Shown: in pieces, positions 50,715 to 54,760 of the stretch
Position numbering within the stretch: the stretch's first letter is position 1
How the letters are laid out: the number at the start of each line of letters is the position of its first letter
Origin: Planctomycetota bacterium
GTDB lineage: Bacteria; Planctomycetota; UBA11346
Direction: 5' to 3'
Length of the DNA: 54,760 nucleotides
Assembly (NCBI GenBank): GCA_038231435.1
Contig: JBBRLJ010000035.1
Location: 1-54,760 of the forward strand
Program-made: the position numbers and the translations under genes
Notes under the pieces: model-generated
Told to the model about the DNA's origin: nothing
Database searches by the model: none
Seen by the model: the letters and a program-made list of their open reading frames with translations, nothing else

Positions 50715-52214
50715 TTAAGACAAGCGCTCGAGGGCGAGGCGGTACATCAGGTGCTCTGGGGCTTCGCCGCCGGTCCAGCGGCAGAACTGGCCCACTGCCT
50801 GGCTGATGAACATGTCGAGGCCGCACACCGTGATCGCGCCGGCGGCGACGGCCTCGCGCAGCAGGCGCGTCTCCAGCGGCGTGTAGACGGTGTCGAAGAC
50901 CACGGTGCCGGAGCGGTGCCATGCGGCAGGCCAGGGCGATTCGTTGGGCTTACCCATGCCCACCGAGGTGCCGTTCACGAGCACGTCGTAGGCGCAACCG
51001 CCTGCGCGCTCGAGCGCCACCGCTTCGCAGCCGACCTCGGCCGCGAGGTCGCGGCCCCGACCCTCGGTGCGGTTGGCGACGGTGATGATGGCGCCCTTGG
51101 CCTTGCATGCGAACGCTGCGGTGCGCGCGACGCCGCCGGCGCCGAGCACCAGCACCTTGCGCCCCTCGAGCCGGCCCACGGCGATCTCGAGGCAGCGCAC
51201 GATGGCGTTGGCGTCGGTGTTTCCGCCGATCGCGTTGCCGATGCCATCACCGCCTTCGCCGGCCTCGCCGCGGTAGATGGTATTCATCGCTTTGATCGAT
51301 GCTGACAGCTCCTCGAGCTCATGCATCTCGCCGAGCAGCGCCTGCTTGTGTGGAAGGGTGATCGACAGGCCCTCGATCCACGCTCCGCAGGCACGCCAGA
51401 ACGAGACCGGGTCCTCGACCCGGAACGGCACGTACACCGCGTCCAGCGCGCTGGCGCGCAGCGCGGCATTGTGGATCAATGGCGACAGGCTGTGGGCGAC
51501 CGGGCTGCCGATGACGCCGAACACCCGCGTCTCCTTCCCCTGCGCGCGCAGGTGGTAGAGATCGAGCAGGTCGCGGACCGTCGGCTGCCCGGGCGCCGAG
51601 CCGGTGTTGCCTTCGAGCCGGGCGAAGGCCAGCTCGCAGCCCCAGGCGCCGGCGAGCAGGCGCGACGCCAAACCGTGCTCGCCCATGGCCACGGCGACGA
51701 TGCCGCCAGCGACCCCAGCGCCGGCAAGGCAGAGGCGCCTGATCACGTCGAGATCCGCCGCGTCCCTCGCCGTGACGGCGATCTTGGCCATGGCTCCGGC
51801 AGCGTGCATGCGCGCGACCAGCGCCGACAGGCCCTCATGCCCCGGACCCATGCCGGTGAAATCATGGTGGCTGAGAATGAGGCCCGCGCGCGCCGGGCGC
51901 CACGCGCCATCCCAACGCGCGAGTTCGATGTCGACGTGGGCCGCGCCACGGCGATCGGCCTCGGCGTAGAGCGCGAGCCGCTCGGATTCGGGCCCCGACC
52001 ACGATCCTCCCTCGTCGGCGTGGCGGATGGTCACCGCCGCCGGCAGCGCCAATCCCGGCAACGCTTCGAGCAGCGCGGCGGCCGAGGCGCCCGCGGTGAT
52101 CGCGGTATCCATGCGCAGCTCGACCAGATCGGCGCGCGCATCCCGGGCCGCGCGCGCCTGTGCGCAGACCGCGTCCGCGCTGGCGCCAGAGATGGGAACG
52201 ATCACGCGCGTCAT
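50715..52214 (-). CDS. aroDE: Bifunctional type I 3-dehydroquinate dehydratase / shikimate dehydrogenase
   Basis: VELRMD, EGG, DIE, SHHDF, KIA, AMG, SAPGQ; G.PVAHSLSP.IHN, SITLPHK, NT, NTD, LGAGG, NGTSVGM, DTVY.P.ET. Confidence 0.93.
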   Translation of the reverse strand: MTRVIVPISGASADAVCAQARAARDARADLVELRMDTAITAGASAAALLEALPGLALPAAVTIRHADEGGSWSGPESERLALYAEADRRGAAHVDIELARWDGAWRPARAGLILSHHDFTGMGPGHEGLSALVARMHAAGAMAKIAVTARDAADLDVIRRLCLAGAGVAGGIVAVAMGEHGLASRLLAGAWGCELAFARLEGNTGSAPGQPTVRDLLDLYHLRAQGKETRVFGVIGSPVAHSLSPLIHNAALRASALDAVYVPFRVEDPVSFWRACGAWIEGLSITLPHKQALLGEMHELEELSASIKAMNTIYRGEAGEGGDGIGNAIGGNTDANAIVRCLEIAVGRLEGRKVLVLGAGGVARTAAFACKAKGAIITVANRTEGRGRDLAAEVGCEAVALERAGGCAYDVLVNGTSVGMGKPNESPWPAAWHRSGTVVFDTVYTPLETRLLREAVAAGAITVCGLDMFISQAVGQFCRWTGGEAPEHLMYRLALERLS

Positions 52215-52241
52215 CGCGGCAGTATGCGAGCGCTCGCGCCG

Positions 52242-52300
52242 AACCAACCCCGGCTGCGAGCTGGGGGCTACGCCGCCCCAGCTGACAGCCGGGGTTGGTT
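52242..52300. repeat. Long imperfect palindrome in the aroDE/sucC divergent intergenic region
   Basis: AACCAACCCCGGCTG/CAGCCGGGGTTGGTT 15-bp stem plus AGCTGGGG/CCCCAGCT, with GGCTACGCC at the tip. Confidence 0.8.
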
Positions 52301-52411
52301 GCACGAGTCGATTCCATCCCTTTCCCTTGGACTGGATCCGACCATTTAGCGTTGGACAGGGCCGACGTCCGAACCAAGTTCAGCGGGCCGCGCAATGCGG
52401 CAGGGGCAGCG

Positions 52412-53655
<1,244 letters not shown>

Positions 53656-53659
<4 letters not shown>

Positions 53660-54543
53660 GCGTGCTCGTCGACAAGAACACCCGCCTCATCTGCCAAGGC
53701 ATCACCGGCAAGGTCGGCACCTTCCATTCCAACGGCGCTGTCACCTACGGCACCAATTTCGCCGGCGGCGTCACGCCCGGTAAGGGCGGCCAGACCTGGA
53801 CCTCCGAGACCGGGAAGAACTTCCCGGTGTGGAACACCGTCGCCGAGGCCGTGAAACATGGCGGCGCGACCGCCTCGATGATCTTCGTCCCCCCTCCGGG
53901 CGCTGCCGATGCGATCCTCGAGGCGATCGAAGCCGGCGTGCCGCTGGTGGTCGCGATCACCGAGGGCATTCCGGTGCGCGACATGTACGCGGTGAAGAAG
54001 AAGCTCGAAGGCTCGAAGACGCGGCTCATCGGCCCGAACTGCCCCGGCGTGATCACGCCCGGCGAATGCAAGATCGGCATCATGCCCGGATACATCCACA
54101 AGCGCGGTTCCACCGCGATCGTCAGCCGCTCGGGCACGCTCACCTACGAGGCGGTCTTCCAGAGCACCGGCTGCGGCCTCGGCCAGTCGACGGTCATCGG
54201 CATCGGCGGCGACCCGATCAAGGGCACCGACTTCATCGACGCCCTGGCGCTCTTCCAGGAGGACGCCGAGACCAAGCAGATCATCATGATCGGCGAGATC
54301 GGCGGCGACAGCGAGGAACGCGCCTGCGCCTTCATCAAGGAGCGCGTGCGCAAGCCGGTGATCGGCTTCATCGCCGGCTCGCGCGCGCCCAAAGGCAAGC
54401 GCATGGGCCACGCCGGCGCGATCGTCAGCGGCAACACCGGCACCGCCGAGGCGAAATTCGCCGCGATGCGCGACGCCGGCGTGCATATCGCCGAGAGCCC
54501 GGCGACGTTGGGCGAGACGCTGATGAAAGCTGTCAGGCGATAG
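53656..54543 (+). CDS. sucD: Succinyl-CoA synthetase alpha subunit
   Basis: [49 protein letters not shown] overlap with sucC. Confidence 0.97.
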
Positions 54544-54551
54544 CTTTTTGT

Positions 54552-54760
54552 TCAGGGGCTTCGCCCCTACGGCCTGGCGGCCTACCCCTCGGGCTTTGTC
54601 GGGGCTCGAGCTGTTTTCATTCAGGGGCTTCGCCCCTACGGCCTATCGGCCTACCCCACGGGCTTTGTCGGGGCTCGAATTCTTCGGCTGCGCCTACGAA
54701 TTCGTGGGCGGATCGGCTTCGCCGATGGTATCCGCCCACCGCCCCTCGGCGCCCGCCCCA
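54552..54760 (-). repeat. REP/BIME-like cluster: module A twice (54552-54608, 54621-54677) plus module B (54676-54756)
   Basis: Reverse complement of the 1-198 modules with few, mostly loop or compensatory, changes. Confidence 0.9.

Noticed and set aside
50715..52214. AroD-AroE fusion as a novelty
   Set aside because: Known in Chlamydiae, Planctomycetes and plants; used only as a weak taxonomic hint.

Overview
High-GC bacterial chromosomal segment from a diderm organism (KdsD, MlaD). The AroD-AroE fusion, membrane Ser/Thr kinase, FHA/STAS proteins and solitary mreB weakly suggest a Planctomycetota/PVC-like lineage; this is inference only. The core is a 14-gene, largely translationally coupled minus-strand respiratory operon (about 9.85-26.6 kb): alternative complex III (actABCDEF), a membrane monoheme cytochrome c, then coxB-coxA-ctaA-ctaB-ctaG-coxF-like-coxC. 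The operon is unusual in four ways. ActC has lost two normally conserved protonatable residues (GIGHAG to GIAVAG, SFDFA to ATLLA). The A2-type (YSHPAVY) oxidase comes with proteobacterial/mitochondrial-style assembly genes and has no SCO and no heme c on subunit II. Four subunits carry large novel insertions or extensions. A Fur-box-like site lies upstream. The rest is housekeeping and accessory genes: AIM24-like, C45 Ntn-hydrolase, kinase, GH44, class I aldolase, MFS, kdsD, mlaD, glgB, mreB, rpmI-rplT without infC, LplT-Aas fusion followed by a flavin-dependent halogenase and a HEPN-like ORF, ftsH, mutM, aroDE and sucCD. Non-coding signals include a modular REP/BIME-like palindromic repeat family with compensatory base changes and GCGNAGC mini-hairpins, a candidate structured RNA after kdsD, and a recurrent -10 box 5-7 nt upstream of start codons that suggests widespread leaderless mRNAs. 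No CRISPR array, tRNA, rRNA or transposase was seen. All family assignments come from motif recognition by eye, without database searches.
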